IMG/VR virus record: IMGVR_UViG_3300031746_000003
Coordinates: 56,345 to 120,344 of that record
Length of the DNA: 64,000 nt
Reading direction: 5' to 3' (one strand)
Origin: a virus
A program made the position numbers and the translations under genes. How positions within the stretch are numbered: position 1 is the stretch's first letter; each line of letters starts with the position of its first letter. The notes beneath the pieces are model-generated. The model was not told the origin of the DNA. It did no database searches and was given only the letters and a program-made list of their open reading frames with translations. Below, piece after piece: positions 19,389 to 28,529 of this stretch.

Positions 19389-19689
19389 TACACCGTTTAT
19401 CCATCGACCAGATGAGGTAGACGACGACCCCGTACGCAATGGGCTAACTTGTTTTATGGACCAGCTACGACCCTGCGGCGCTGACTGCATGGCCTACACT
19501 ACCTACTCAGATGGCTCCCTAATGGGGCAAGCTGGTAATTGCATATTGTTGGTGAACGCTGAGCGCTCAGGTAAGCACCTAGTGATTCTAGCCAAGCTGA
19601 CTAACGACATGATTAACGGCGCTAAGAGAGCAGCCGCAGACCAACGAAGAGAAGCTCAAGTTTCTCCCTCACCTCCAAAGGTAGTGTGA
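19375..19689 (+). CDS. Cys-rich hypothetical protein
   Basis: CFMDQLRPCGADCMAY...CILL; AAGGA RBS. Confidence 0.65.
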   Translation: MEQGDTPFIHRPDEVDDDPVRNGLTCFMDQLRPCGADCMAYTTYSDGSLMGQAGNCILLVNAERSGKHLVILAKLTNDMINGAKRAAADQRREAQVSPSPPKVV

Positions 19690-20261
19690 TGCAAGTCAAC
19701 ATACTTCGAGTAGACCAGAGCTATTCCCTTGTGGATAAGTCGGTCACTAACAACCTGGTAATAGCGTTACCTAGTGGTGACGAGCTACGTATCTCGGTGC
19801 CTGAGGACGTTGTTCGCTACCTACTGGGTACTGCAGCAGCAGAAGCGGAGGTACAAGAGGAACTCGCCCAGACAATAACGGACGATGAACCTGTCGTGTT
19901 CAATGGGGTGCCCTCTAATGTTGGCTACGTTCGGTGGCAAGAGCTATCTGATACTGATATGCCACCTGCCATAAAGAAGATCTTCACAGATGCCGGGATG
20001 CCAGATGAGATATCCCCGGCTGTCTTTGAGAACTTGTACTCCATGGCGTTGGAGAGGCTGATGACTGTAACAGCACCAATGCAGCCAGCTGTGCCAGGTA
20101 TACGCAGAGTGGGCTCACCCGTGATCATGCAGCGGCAGAGTCGTAGGTCTGTACCAGCTGATGACTATGGTAACCCAATAGTTCAGTCCGCAGGTGTTGA
20201 CGCAGGTACGGTAGTGAGTGGTGGTCCTGACTCTGATGAGGATGGTGTTGGACAGCTATGA
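19686..20261 (+). CDS. Hypothetical acidic protein
   Basis: Coupled ORF. Confidence 0.65.
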   Translation: MMQVNILRVDQSYSLVDKSVTNNLVIALPSGDELRISVPEDVVRYLLGTAAAEAEVQEELAQTITDDEPVVFNGVPSNVGYVRWQELSDTDMPPAIKKIFTDAGMPDEISPAVFENLYSMALERLMTVTAPMQPAVPGIRRVGSPVIMQRQSRRSVPADDYGNPIVQSAGVDAGTVVSGGPDSDEDGVGQL

Positions 20262-20719
20262 TTCTTATCGCCTGCCTAACCTGTAAGACTGGTATCCACA
20301 TCTCCCCAGACTCTGACGGAGCTGAGGGTAACCTCGTGGGTGAAGGCTGTGAGTGGTGGCCTGACAAGTACCCATGTCCTGTGTGCGATCGTAAAGCTAT
20401 GTACGTACCAGCTGCTGATCAGCAGGCTAGGAATGAGCTAACAATGCATGAGCTCACCCCTGTAGAAGCCTATGCAGCCTTCAATGGTATGGGCTTACCA
20501 GAAGACCAAGAGTGTGGAGCTCTAGCTGTGGCTCAGCAGTTTGCTAAGAAGGTAAAGCAGGTGCACTGTCGTAACATTCCTAACACACAGCGCTCAGTAA
20601 TTAGTTGGATAGAGTTTGATGATGGGTACAAACTCTATTTAGCTGCCGGGGTTCAAGGGGCAGTTGTCTACAGAATACGTGGTCCGTATTCGGTAATGGA
20701 GAGAATCAGTGAAAGCTGA
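20258..20719 (+). CDS. Zn-ribbon protein
   Basis: CLTC...CPVC. Confidence 0.7.
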   Translation: MILIACLTCKTGIHISPDSDGAEGNLVGEGCEWWPDKYPCPVCDRKAMYVPAADQQARNELTMHELTPVEAYAAFNGMGLPEDQECGALAVAQQFAKKVKQVHCRNIPNTQRSVISWIEFDDGYKLYLAAGVQGAVVYRIRGPYSVMERISES

Positions 20720-21356
20720 GTTAGTTCTAGAGTACTGGCGTGTCGGACATAGATACGACGGTAAAATCAAACTCATAGATATCGAGGGCACTGCCCAGCT
20801 AGTAACACTGGTTGGAGCTACCTTCGGTGAGATGATGCGTAGTTATGTACGCGAGTTATCCACGCGCCTAGAAGTCACAGCGGTTGTAGTTCAACGTGGT
20901 ACCGATGGAGTAGACCACGCCTACGTGTTGACTGAGGAGGCAACTGCAGCTATGCGGCGTGACCCTGCTACTGCGATAGCTAGCATGCTTTATGAGCCTG
21001 AGGAGCCTGTCAGTGTACCACCTGTTAAGAAGTTGGCACACGTTAGAACAGGTGAAGATACCTTGGCTGACGCTTTTGGGGAGAGCATGTACTGTGCGTA
21101 TAAGTCGGGTAAGTTCGAGTCGCCCTTTAGTGGCCGTTGGGAAGACCTTGATACGTTAGATTCTCGTATGGGAGCTGTTAGCTTTGTGTTGTCGGGCCAC
21201 TGGTTGATACTTAGAACTTCGCAGCTGCTAGGTACTGCACAATCTAGGTACTGGTCGCCAAGAGAATGGAATCCGGAAGGGTGGATAAGCCACGCCGACC
21301 TACAAAAGAAGTACGATGAGTACACGAAGGAAGTAGCTAATGTTTACACCAAATAA
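20709..21356 (+). CDS. Hypothetical protein
   Basis: GGAG RBS before GTG. Confidence 0.65.
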   Translation: MKAELVLEYWRVGHRYDGKIKLIDIEGTAQLVTLVGATFGEMMRSYVRELSTRLEVTAVVVQRGTDGVDHAYVLTEEATAAMRRDPATAIASMLYEPEEPVSVPPVKKLAHVRTGEDTLADAFGESMYCAYKSGKFESPFSGRWEDLDTLDSRMGAVSFVLSGHWLILRTSQLLGTAQSRYWSPREWNPEGWISHADLQKKYDEYTKEVANVYTK

Positions 21357-21687
21357 CGGTCAACGAGCTGGCGTTCGAGTTGCTGACAGCCAGCTAGCTC
21401 CACAGAGCACACAGCCTGACGGCACAGTAGTTTACGCGGTAGCTTGTGAGATGGTTGCTACTCAATACGTAGATGGTGGCCGCACACATGAAGCTGTGTT
21501 GCTCAAGGTTGGCGGCAAGATCTATTACCCACCGAATGCCGAGCAGTGGGCAGCAGCACTCAAGGAAGTGTCCCCTTGGATGTTCAAGGGAATACAGGAC
21601 AAGCTCAACCTTGGCAGCAACGCGAATGTCCCCAAGTCTGACGTTGTGGACGTAGCTGCCAGCGCCATATCCAAGGAACTAAAGTGA
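21340..21687 (+). CDS. Hypothetical protein
   Basis: AAGGA RBS; coupled. Confidence 0.65.
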   Translation: MFTPNNGQRAGVRVADSQLAPQSTQPDGTVVYAVACEMVATQYVDGGRTHEAVLLKVGGKIYYPPNAEQWAAALKEVSPWMFKGIQDKLNLGSNANVPKSDVVDVAASAISKELK

Positions 21688-22007
21688 AGATCCGCCCCGT
21701 ATCTGATTGGCTGCTAGTTGAGTTAGAACCAGAGGAGCACATGAGCCGGGGCGGTATCATAGAAGTAGGTGACCAGCCCGTACGCAACGCTAAGGTTCTA
21801 CGGGTAGGGCCAGGTAGGCAGTATAAGAAGAACTTCGTACCCACCGTTACCATGGCAGGGGACCGAATATGCTTCTTCGTTGCTGCACTACACACCAAGC
21901 AGGGGAAGGCCATAGTGCATAACCTTGATGACAACCAGGGGCTCATCCGAGAGACGGACGTCTTACTGGTATTTACTGATGCCTCGGACATACGGGTAAG
22001 CGCATGA
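21684..22007 (+). CDS. groES: Co-chaperonin GroES-like protein
   Basis: MKIRPVSDWLLVE...SRGGII...KVLRVGPGR...GDRI...LIRETDVL. Confidence 0.88.
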   Translation: MKIRPVSDWLLVELEPEEHMSRGGIIEVGDQPVRNAKVLRVGPGRQYKKNFVPTVTMAGDRICFFVAALHTKQGKAIVHNLDDNQGLIRETDVLLVFTDASDIRVSA

Positions 22008-22255
22008 GAACCGTGACAGTCCAAGAAGACGGTGTACTAGAGCTGAACTGGATGTGGCTACCTACGTGGGTTGGTATGAACACCAGTCTAAAGACGGAGA
22101 TGGAGGCCTCTCTACGCAGTAAGATCGAAGGAAAAGAACTAACGGACAAGGTACTTGACGAGGTCAATGACCTGGTCATTGAGTTCCTATGTGCCAAGTG
22201 CCCATTGGCTGGGCTACGCGACTACCTAGATGGGTTAAAGTTCGTACGCGGATGA
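22004..22255 (+). CDS. Hypothetical protein
   Basis: Coupled ORF. Confidence 0.65.
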   Translation: MRTVTVQEDGVLELNWMWLPTWVGMNTSLKTEMEASLRSKIEGKELTDKVLDEVNDLVIEFLCAKCPLAGLRDYLDGLKFVRG

Positions 22256-22416
22256 AGAAAGATGGACGCTTCCAGATTCGTATTCCTGACAAGCTCAAAG
22301 AGCAGATCCAGGGGTATGCTGACAGACACCATACAACGGTGTCTGCCATGGTGACTCGTTTCTTCTTGAAGCTCTTGGCCGAGGAACAAAAGTCTGAGGA
22401 CGCAGAACAGTTGTAA
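22252..22416 (+). CDS. Ribbon-helix-helix DNA-binding protein
   Basis: RFQIRIPDKLKEQIQGYADRHHTTVSAMVTRFF. Confidence 0.75.
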   Translation: MKKDGRFQIRIPDKLKEQIQGYADRHHTTVSAMVTRFFLKLLAEEQKSEDAEQL

Positions 22417-22982
22417 TGCCTGACTACAGAGAACATTCTGGCAAGATAGAAGTACCTCGTAACACAGGTATCGATGGTCTCTTATTTGCTGTACGTGAGC
22501 TGCTAAAGCGCCCACGTATACAGGCTATCAATATAGATGCCAAAGGGCAGATCTCCTACAAGCGTTACGTGCGTGAGGATGAAGCAGATGTGAACATAGG
22601 TATAGACTTTGATACCTACACGCCAGCCAGCATAATCAGGAACTCTGAGGTATCAGAGCTTCAAGCAGTAGGTAACGCAGCAGTCGTGCTAGGCAGTCTG
22701 TTCAGCGCCGCCTCTGTAGACCAGCTGCACCCAATAGCTCTGGTGAGTGGGGCAGCTACTAAGTTATGGGAGTGGTACCGGAGTACAACGAACAGCAGTC
22801 TACCAAGAACTGCAGAAGTGTTTGGTCTACCGTTCTTGTTAGATAGGGGTATACCGGACACAGCGCTGCTCTTATGCACGGCCTATGGTAAAGACTCCGC
22901 CGTTGTAGACACAGTCAAGGTCTACAAGGTGGAGATGGAAGTACACCTCACTCTCCCAACCACTCACGTGGAGATCATATAA
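22416..22982 (+). CDS. Hypothetical protein
   Basis: TAATG coupling. Confidence 0.7.
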   Translation: MPDYREHSGKIEVPRNTGIDGLLFAVRELLKRPRIQAINIDAKGQISYKRYVREDEADVNIGIDFDTYTPASIIRNSEVSELQAVGNAAVVLGSLFSAASVDQLHPIALVSGAATKLWEWYRSTTNSSLPRTAEVFGLPFLLDRGIPDTALLLCTAYGKDSAVVDTVKVYKVEMEVHLTLPTTHVEII

Positions 22983-23461
22983 TGAAGCCGCTAACTGTTG
23001 CTATAGTGAAGTCTGGGTTAGTTCCGCCTGACGTGTTAGGTGAATTGAAGCGCTGGGGTTTACCCGTAGAGGTAGAGGGCAACCTAGAGTTGTTGTCTAC
23101 AGCTGAGGACGTGGTGGCCTACATACAGGACGCCCTTGAGGGTGAAGATCTAGTGCAGCTTCGTGACACTGACCTAGACATCATCCACAAGTACATTACG
23201 GGGCAGCAGGCTGGTAAGCTCCATGTGGAAACTGATGGCACCAAGTCCAACATTGCTGTGAGCTACTGTCGTACAGACATGGGTCACTACGTGATACCTT
23301 GGCGCAGTGAGAGCATCAAAGAACTGATTACAGACCCTAATACCTACCTCAAGACAGCTGAGGGCAAGGTCTACTTCAGGGATGCTAGAGAACTGTTTTT
23401 TGGAGGGCACAAGACCTTCATGGTCTGTGAGCCAAGTCAGGAGACCCACAATGGAACCTAA
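22982..23461 (+). CDS. Hypothetical protein
   Basis: TAATG coupling; GGAG RBS. Confidence 0.7.
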   Translation: MKPLTVAIVKSGLVPPDVLGELKRWGLPVEVEGNLELLSTAEDVVAYIQDALEGEDLVQLRDTDLDIIHKYITGQQAGKLHVETDGTKSNIAVSYCRTDMGHYVIPWRSESIKELITDPNTYLKTAEGKVYFRDARELFFGGHKTFMVCEPSQETHNGT

Positions 23462-23894
23462 AGACCTTTATGTTGCCTTGTACAACAAGGCTAAGTTCGA
23501 GATGGTCACAGAGACGGTGAGTGACACGCAGTTGCGCATCATTGGTAGACTGCCTCAGCAGGCTATGTCTAACTGGCTATTGATCATGGATCGATTGCTG
23601 GAGAATATGGAGAACGCCACATGGAAGGTGGACATCTCTAAGCAGTATTTTCGCCGGGCAGATAAGGTACTGTTTGGGTGGCGCTTAATCTTTGTTGGCG
23701 ACAGTATTTTAAGCCAGCTACCTGAGGTCATAGCCACCATCACCAACACGCCTAAGGCTAAAACTTTAGTAGAAGAAGCACAGCTGTTCGGTTCTCGTGG
23801 TCGCAATGAGTTGAGCAACGGCAGGGGAGCTCAGTCTTCTCTCTCTGCTTCAGTAGGGCCCATGGCTATAGCTAGAATGAAAGCAGGTGGGTAG
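23451..23894 (+). CDS. Hypothetical protein
   Basis: AGGAG RBS before ATG 23451. Confidence 0.7.
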   Translation: MEPKDLYVALYNKAKFEMVTETVSDTQLRIIGRLPQQAMSNWLLIMDRLLENMENATWKVDISKQYFRRADKVLFGWRLIFVGDSILSQLPEVIATITNTPKAKTLVEEAQLFGSRGRNELSNGRGAQSSLSASVGPMAIARMKAGG

Positions 23895-24202
23895 TGGACC
23901 AGCTAACAGAGCATCTACTAGAGAACGGTGAGCTTAGGTCTGTAGTCGTAGATCTATCTCAGGAACTGCATGACCGGCTTGACTCTATGTCTGCCAAGAC
24001 AGGTCAACCTAAGGGCATCCTAATGAAGCGAGCTGTCATACTGATGCTTGAGCAGATGTGGGGTAGGTCAGAGGAGTTAGTGCGAGAGCCCGCCCTTGAA
24101 CTGCCAGTATGTGCTAACCCACTTACTGAGATAGCTATTCAGCGGGCAGTAAAGGTAATGCCTACTAGGGACTTTCCACTACCTGAATCTGAAGAAAAGT
24201 AA
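23894..24202 (+). CDS. Ribbon-helix-helix domain protein
   Basis: SVVVDLSQELHDRLDSMSAKTGQPKGILMKRAV. Confidence 0.6.
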   Translation: MDQLTEHLLENGELRSVVVDLSQELHDRLDSMSAKTGQPKGILMKRAVILMLEQMWGRSEELVREPALELPVCANPLTEIAIQRAVKVMPTRDFPLPESEEK

Positions 24203-24873
24203 TGCCTGTACTTACCCAAGAGATTAAGTATGGAGAAGATAACTCCATAGATGCTGTTCCTACCCTAACGGATGAAGAAAAGAACATCCTAGAGGAAAAG
24301 AAGAAAACTCTAGACAAGCTTTTCTCTGACGGTGGGAGAAAAGCGAAGTACAAGCTAGAGGTACTCTTTGGGAAGAAGTACTCCCTCAATACACCTTCCC
24401 ATGGTGCCGTCACCTTCTGGGAGAGTGGACGTAAGTTCCACGGCGGTGGTGACACCAAGCTCTACATCTGCCCTGGAAAGAAACTCAACAGGAGTGAGTG
24501 TGACGCCTTCATACCAGAGTCAGCGCAAGGCTATGGCCACCTGGTCTGCCCTAAGTGCGGTCAGGTGTGGAAGGGCGACGAGGTAATAGGCGAGCTCATG
24601 TTTAGGCTCACCTCCCAAGGCTGGTGTACTGTACTCCTAAAGTACTTCCTCAAGATGGAACTTGATGCGGACATCAAGATAAAGTATCCACCTGAAGATA
24701 TACGCAGTATGGCTATAGCCGAGCAGGAAAAGCAGCGTGGGGGAGAGCTCCTAGATACTGCGCGGGGTAAGCGGATGCATGGGGCTAAGATCTACCCCAT
24801 GATGAACATCATAAAGGACACCTCTAGTGGATCTTCACTAGAGAGTCGTATAATGGCCTTCATAAGGTCATGA
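24202..24873 (+). CDS. Zn-ribbon-containing protein
   Basis: YICPG...CDAF...VCPKCG. Confidence 0.75.
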   Translation: MPVLTQEIKYGEDNSIDAVPTLTDEEKNILEEKKKTLDKLFSDGGRKAKYKLEVLFGKKYSLNTPSHGAVTFWESGRKFHGGGDTKLYICPGKKLNRSECDAFIPESAQGYGHLVCPKCGQVWKGDEVIGELMFRLTSQGWCTVLLKYFLKMELDADIKIKYPPEDIRSMAIAEQEKQRGGELLDTARGKRMHGAKIYPMMNIIKDTSSGSSLESRIMAFIRS

Positions 24874-25277
24874 CCAAAACAATCCGTACAAACCCAGCCT
24901 ACGCACATCTGGCCTATCGTAAGGCTATCCTACAGCACACCATCAACTACTTGATGGATGACTACGTAGGCAGAGATGGTGAGTCCCCCAAGGGGACCAT
25001 CTTCTGTGATGAGGTGTTCAAGGAAGACTCGGAGATCCCATCTGAGGATATCTACGAGATCGTGGAAGACCTACGGATTGAAGTAGCTAACGTTGAACTA
25101 GAACTCAGTAAGTTCGAGTTCACTAGGAGAGGTGATGACAAGCTCTTTAGCAAGAAACCAGAAAAGAATAAGCAAGAAGACCAGCACAAAGCTTCAGGCA
25201 GTGCCGGACCCAAGCCTGGCAAACCGCCTGGTAATGAAGGTGGCCGCTCTGGAGGAGGGCCTTCAAAGAGTAACTGA
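24870..25277 (+). CDS. Hypothetical protein
   Basis: ATGA coupling. Confidence 0.65.
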   Translation: MTKTIRTNPAYAHLAYRKAILQHTINYLMDDYVGRDGESPKGTIFCDEVFKEDSEIPSEDIYEIVEDLRIEVANVELELSKFEFTRRGDDKLFSKKPEKNKQEDQHKASGSAGPKPGKPPGNEGGRSGGGPSKSN

Positions 25278-25572
25278 AGCGTACGCGCACAACCTCTCGC
25301 AAATCAGACGTGCTTTCGCACTCACTGACTCACATATCTGGTGTCTGCAGTGCATCTCTAACCACATATCACGTGGTGAGCTCCAGACCCTTGAGCTGTC
25401 CAACGGCCTGCACATCAACCTGCCATGGTACCATAACCAGTACAACCAGGTAATGCAGTTCACCATGCTCATAGACTGGCTCTACCCCGATAAGATGGTA
25501 GTAGAGCCTGAGGAGCCTGAGGAGCAGGACAACACAGTAGTGTTTGGAGGCAACGATGGAACGAGTACGTAA
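25132..25572 (+). CDS. Hypothetical protein
   Basis: AGGAGAG before GTG/ATG; overlaps the low-complexity tail of the previous gene. Confidence 0.55.
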   Translation: MMTSSLARNQKRISKKTSTKLQAVPDPSLANRLVMKVAALEEGLQRVTEAYAHNLSQIRRAFALTDSHIWCLQCISNHISRGELQTLELSNGLHINLPWYHNQYNQVMQFTMLIDWLYPDKMVVEPEEPEEQDNTVVFGGNDGTST

Positions 25573-25750
25573 AGGAAAGCAGCTCGCTAACGGAGTCGTA
25601 GTTCTACGTTCTGGAACAGGTGCGGCTGACCTGCGCAGGATGCGCTGTACGTCATGTCATGGGAACATGGTCACAGGTAAGAACGCTAGTGGGAAAGAGA
25701 CCTCTCGCTGTACTAACTGTGGCAGCACAGCTACTAGCCGCCCGATGTAG
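25556..25750 (+). CDS. Zn-ribbon protein
   Basis: GGAGG RBS; CTSC...CTNC. Confidence 0.7.
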   Translation: MERVRKGKQLANGVVVLRSGTGAADLRRMRCTSCHGNMVTGKNASGKETSRCTNCGSTATSRPM

Positions 25751-26153
25751 ATCTGAGCACTAGGTTACCGCTCTGCAGCTGTCCTACCACCTTGAAGCCT
25801 TTACTACAGTAGAGATTCATGGCTGCTTCGTTACTCCTGTCCACAGTGAGTATGCAGTCACCAGGGGTGCGTAGGGCAGCGTTTAGCAGAGCTCGACCTA
25901 TACCGTTTCGTCGGTACTTGCTAACAACACAGAGCTTCAGGACATCTAAGAGGTTGTTCTCGCGCTTTGCCAGTAAGAAGCCTTGTACCTCTTCAGATAT
26001 CAAGTCATGCGCTACGTAGCTGTTGTTCTCCAGTATCAGATGCTCAATAGTCTTTTCGTTGAACGCGGTTTCAGGGAAAACCTCTAGATCTAACTGAGCT
26101 AGAGCGACACTGTCTTCCACTTTAGCTGCCCGAATAACTGCGGAGTGCCTCAT
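25734..26153 (-). CDS. GNAT acetyltransferase, RimI-like
   Basis: LCVVSKYRRNGIGRALL (motif A), LTVDRSNEAAMNLYCSKGF (motif B). Confidence 0.88.
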   Translation of the reverse strand: MRHSAVIRAAKVEDSVALAQLDLEVFPETAFNEKTIEHLILENNSYVAHDLISEEVQGFLLAKRENNLLDVLKLCVVSKYRRNGIGRALLNAALRTPGDCILTVDRSNEAAMNLYCSKGFKVVGQLQSGNLVLRSTSGG

Positions 26154-26388
26154 GTCTAAGATTCTAGTTCAAATCAGCTCAGATGCATCGCACATGCTAA
26201 GCGATGTTGTCGATACGGACATCCGAGAGTTTGAGCAGTGGTTCAAGAGCATTGGTAACGACCCGCTGATGGGGCTTGAGGCCGCCATCATTAAGACATA
26301 CATTGGTTGGAAGCTGGGAGTACACGCAGGTGGCGTTATCAAGACCCCTATTCAACCGGTCTCCTATTGCGAGGAAGAAAATGGCTAA
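26152..26388 (+). CDS. Hypothetical protein
   Basis: GGAG RBS; coupled to the next gene. Confidence 0.65.
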   Translation: MSKILVQISSDASHMLSDVVDTDIREFEQWFKSIGNDPLMGLEAAIIKTYIGWKLGVHAGGVIKTPIQPVSYCEEENG

Positions 26389-26716
26389 GCTACATGTGAC
26401 TGAGTTACGTTGTGATCGCTGCAAGAGGGTGGAGTACGTAGAGGCTACTGACGCTCATGCGCAGGATGCTTCTGTCCAAGTACCAGCGCTACATCTGATA
26501 ATGGGTGATGAACACTTGGAGGACACAGAGGTGCTGTTCCATGACCTCTGTTCCCCTTGTAAGAAGACTGTCAGCAGGTATGTAGAGCAGATCTCTAAAC
26601 CCATGGCTGAGCGCAAGTCCCCAGCTAGAGTCAAAGGTAGGGCTAAGAAGAAGGGGGACAGCCCCCCTTCTCCCGTAGCTACCTCCGGAACCGTTGTGGC
26701 TTCTCGGGCGTCCTGA
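26381..26716 (+). CDS. Zn-binding protein with basic tail
   Basis: GAGG RBS; CDRC...DLCSPC. Confidence 0.7.
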   Translation: MAKLHVTELRCDRCKRVEYVEATDAHAQDASVQVPALHLIMGDEHLEDTEVLFHDLCSPCKKTVSRYVEQISKPMAERKSPARVKGRAKKKGDSPPSPVATSGTVVASRAS

Positions 26717-27257
26717 CATTCAGCGTACCCCCTGGTCCCTCCCAGTAGCAGATGAGGGACCTGGGGGCGTCCTCCAGGTGCTTTCCGTTCCGCCATAGCC
26801 GGAACCCTGCTCCAGGCCAGAGCTTGAGCAGGGTGGTGGCCTCCCCCGTCTTGTGGTGCCCGAAGGCCATCAGCTCCACCCCCGTCGACCTGTCCCCCTG
26901 CAGGGGCGGGTAGCGCTTCTCAGACCCCATCAGAGCCACCTTGGTGTCCGTGTACTCCAACCTGCCACCCTCTCCAGCCATGGTAGCCACGAGGACCAGA
27001 GCGTAGGGGTCCGGAGACTTTCTCCCAGTGGTGACCACATAGTCATCACCCGAGTAGTCTATCCGGATGTTGTGAAGCTTGGGAGCGACAGATAGTCGCT
27101 CCTGTTCCATGTAGCTCTGCAGCTGCTGTCGGAACGAGCTCCGCAGCGGGAGCTTCATGCAGGTACCCTCGTCCCCCACGACGACGTAGTACCCGTCGTC
27201 TAGTTGCCTCAAGGCTATCCCCTCAGTACATCCCTCGGTCACTGTGAAACACTGCAT
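26679..27257 (-). CDS. Hypothetical accessory protein
   Basis: AGGAG RBS; own promoter-like motif; GC-richer codons. Confidence 0.7.
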   Translation of the reverse strand: MQCFTVTEGCTEGIALRQLDDGYYVVVGDEGTCMKLPLRSSFRQQLQSYMEQERLSVAPKLHNIRIDYSGDDYVVTTGRKSPDPYALVLVATMAGEGGRLEYTDTKVALMGSEKRYPPLQGDRSTGVELMAFGHHKTGEATTLLKLWPGAGFRLWRNGKHLEDAPRSLICYWEGPGGTLNVRTPEKPQRFRR

Positions 27258-27299
27258 TTAGGTATCTCCTTAAAAGGACGGAAAGTCCATCCATAGCTG

Positions 27300-27326
27300 T
27301 TATTCCAGCTATTCGGAGAATATTTC
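27300..27326 (-). promoter_or_regulatory. Degenerate phage-type promoter GAAAT-N15-GG-AATAA
   Basis: Same spacing as the motif; followed by a leader hairpin. Confidence 0.4.
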
Positions 27327-27336
27327 AGAGCAGCGT

Positions 27337-27597
27337 TTAGCTAGCTAGACGAAGAGAATGTACAGGAGCTAGGGCAGCCAGGGCATACCTGACAGCAGCA
27401 TCCGTCTCCGCATTTCCTTTTGGTAGCGTCGTTAAGATGGTGTACGCAAGCATAGCCGCGCTTGGGCTCGTTGCTTCAACACCACGTAGTGACAGGGCCT
27501 GGGACTTAAATCCTTCCCGTTCGAACGCTTCTTGACATGCTTCAAGCATGACAGCCGCGTTCTCAAAGGAAAAGTTACCTTCAAGTAGAGTTGCCAT
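27337..27597 (-). CDS. Small helical protein
   Basis: TTGCAT-N17-AATACT-N6-ATG upstream (leaderless sigma70-like). Confidence 0.6.
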   Translation of the reverse strand: MATLLEGNFSFENAAVMLEACQEAFEREGFKSQALSLRGVEATSPSAAMLAYTILTTLPKGNAETDAAVRYALAALAPVHSLRLAS

Positions 27598-27644
27598 ACA
27601 TGTAGTATTTAGTCTTTTAGTTATACATGCAAGGGAAAAAGATA

Positions 27645-27687
27645 ACTAAAAGAACAGTATCCGGGGGGTTACCCCGGACTGTTCTCT
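27645..27687 (-). terminator. Intrinsic terminator-like hairpin
   Basis: AGAACAGT-CCGGGG...CCCCGG-(AT)-ACTGTTCT followed by TTTAGT on the minus strand. Confidence 0.7.
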
Positions 27688-27721
27688 CTCCAACCCTCAG
27701 GGATTGGACGTCGACGTCAGG

Positions 27722-28039
27722 TCAGAGAGGGGTGGGGGCCATCGCCTGAACGATGGCGACCGTACCCACCACGACCCCACCCACCACGACGGCCACGATG
27801 GCGGTCTTGGCGGCGACGCTCAGGAGCTCCTCACTGAAGCTGGGGACCTCTACGCTGGCCTCGTACGCGTCGAGCGCCCCATTGATCTTCTGCATCAGGG
27901 CCAGTCCCTGAAGCGCGGCTGGGGCGACCAACTGATCGATGCTCGGGGGCTTCTGCTGCTGTTGCATGAACGCTTGGAAAGCGGCCATCTGGTTCAGCTG
28001 CGACTGTTGTGCCTGTTGTGCCTGTTGCTCTGCGGTCAT
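27722..28039 (-). CDS. Gln-rich protein with C-terminal transmembrane helix
   Basis: MTAEQQAQQAQQSQLNQ...QQQQQ; TAIVAVVVGGVVVGTVAIV; promoter at 28113-28139 favours start 28039 over 28228. Confidence 0.65.
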   Translation of the reverse strand: MTAEQQAQQAQQSQLNQMAAFQAFMQQQQKPPSIDQLVAPAALQGLALMQKINGALDAYEASVEVPSFSEELLSVAAKTAIVAVVVGGVVVGTVAIVQAMAPTPL

Positions 28040-28112
28040 GTTGCTGGTCTCTTTCTCAGTGTCAGAGTTGCGGTCAGAGAAGTGAGTTGGGACGGATTCC
28101 CTCTCACTACTC

Positions 28113-28139
28113 TTATCCCTCGTTTTTTCCGCTTTTTGC
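28113..28139 (-). promoter_or_regulatory. Phage-type promoter GCAAA-N15-GG-GATAA
   Basis: Motif copy with exact spacing. Confidence 0.65.
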
Positions 28140-28224
28140 AGCGGTGTAGGCAATGTGATGGTCGCCAGTAGTTCTGGTGACGTACCATTGCCTGTCCTCT
28201 TCAGGCTGTCTCTCAGTGTTGTCT

Positions 28225-28524
28225 TCACTTGATCCCCCCCGATTCCTTGAGAGCCGAGTGCCTCCCACTACCAGTCTTGAGAACTCCCTCGGACTTGCTC
28301 ATCAAGTCCTTGACCTCCTCCTTCGTCAGGATGAGGTTCAGGTCTACCGGGTGGAACTTCTCACCCTTCTTGGTTCGGTCTCTCATGCTCTTGACCCTCT
28401 TCCTCACGACCATCTTGTGCGTGGTCGTCGACATGACGCTCGTGAGGATACGAGCACCAATACAAAAGCCGATTACTACAGGAATCATGAAACTCCCTAT
28501 CTGTGTGGGGTAATTCCCACTCAT
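28225..28524 (-). CDS. Small basic protein with N-terminal hydrophobic segment (start may be 28488)
   Basis: GGGAG before ATG 28488; promoter directly upstream. Confidence 0.5.
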   Translation of the reverse strand: MSGNYPTQIGSFMIPVVIGFCIGARILTSVMSTTTHKMVVRKRVKSMRDRTKKGEKFHPVDLNLILTKEEVKDLMSKSEGVLKTGSGRHSALKESGGIK

Positions 28525-28529
28525 CTTTC

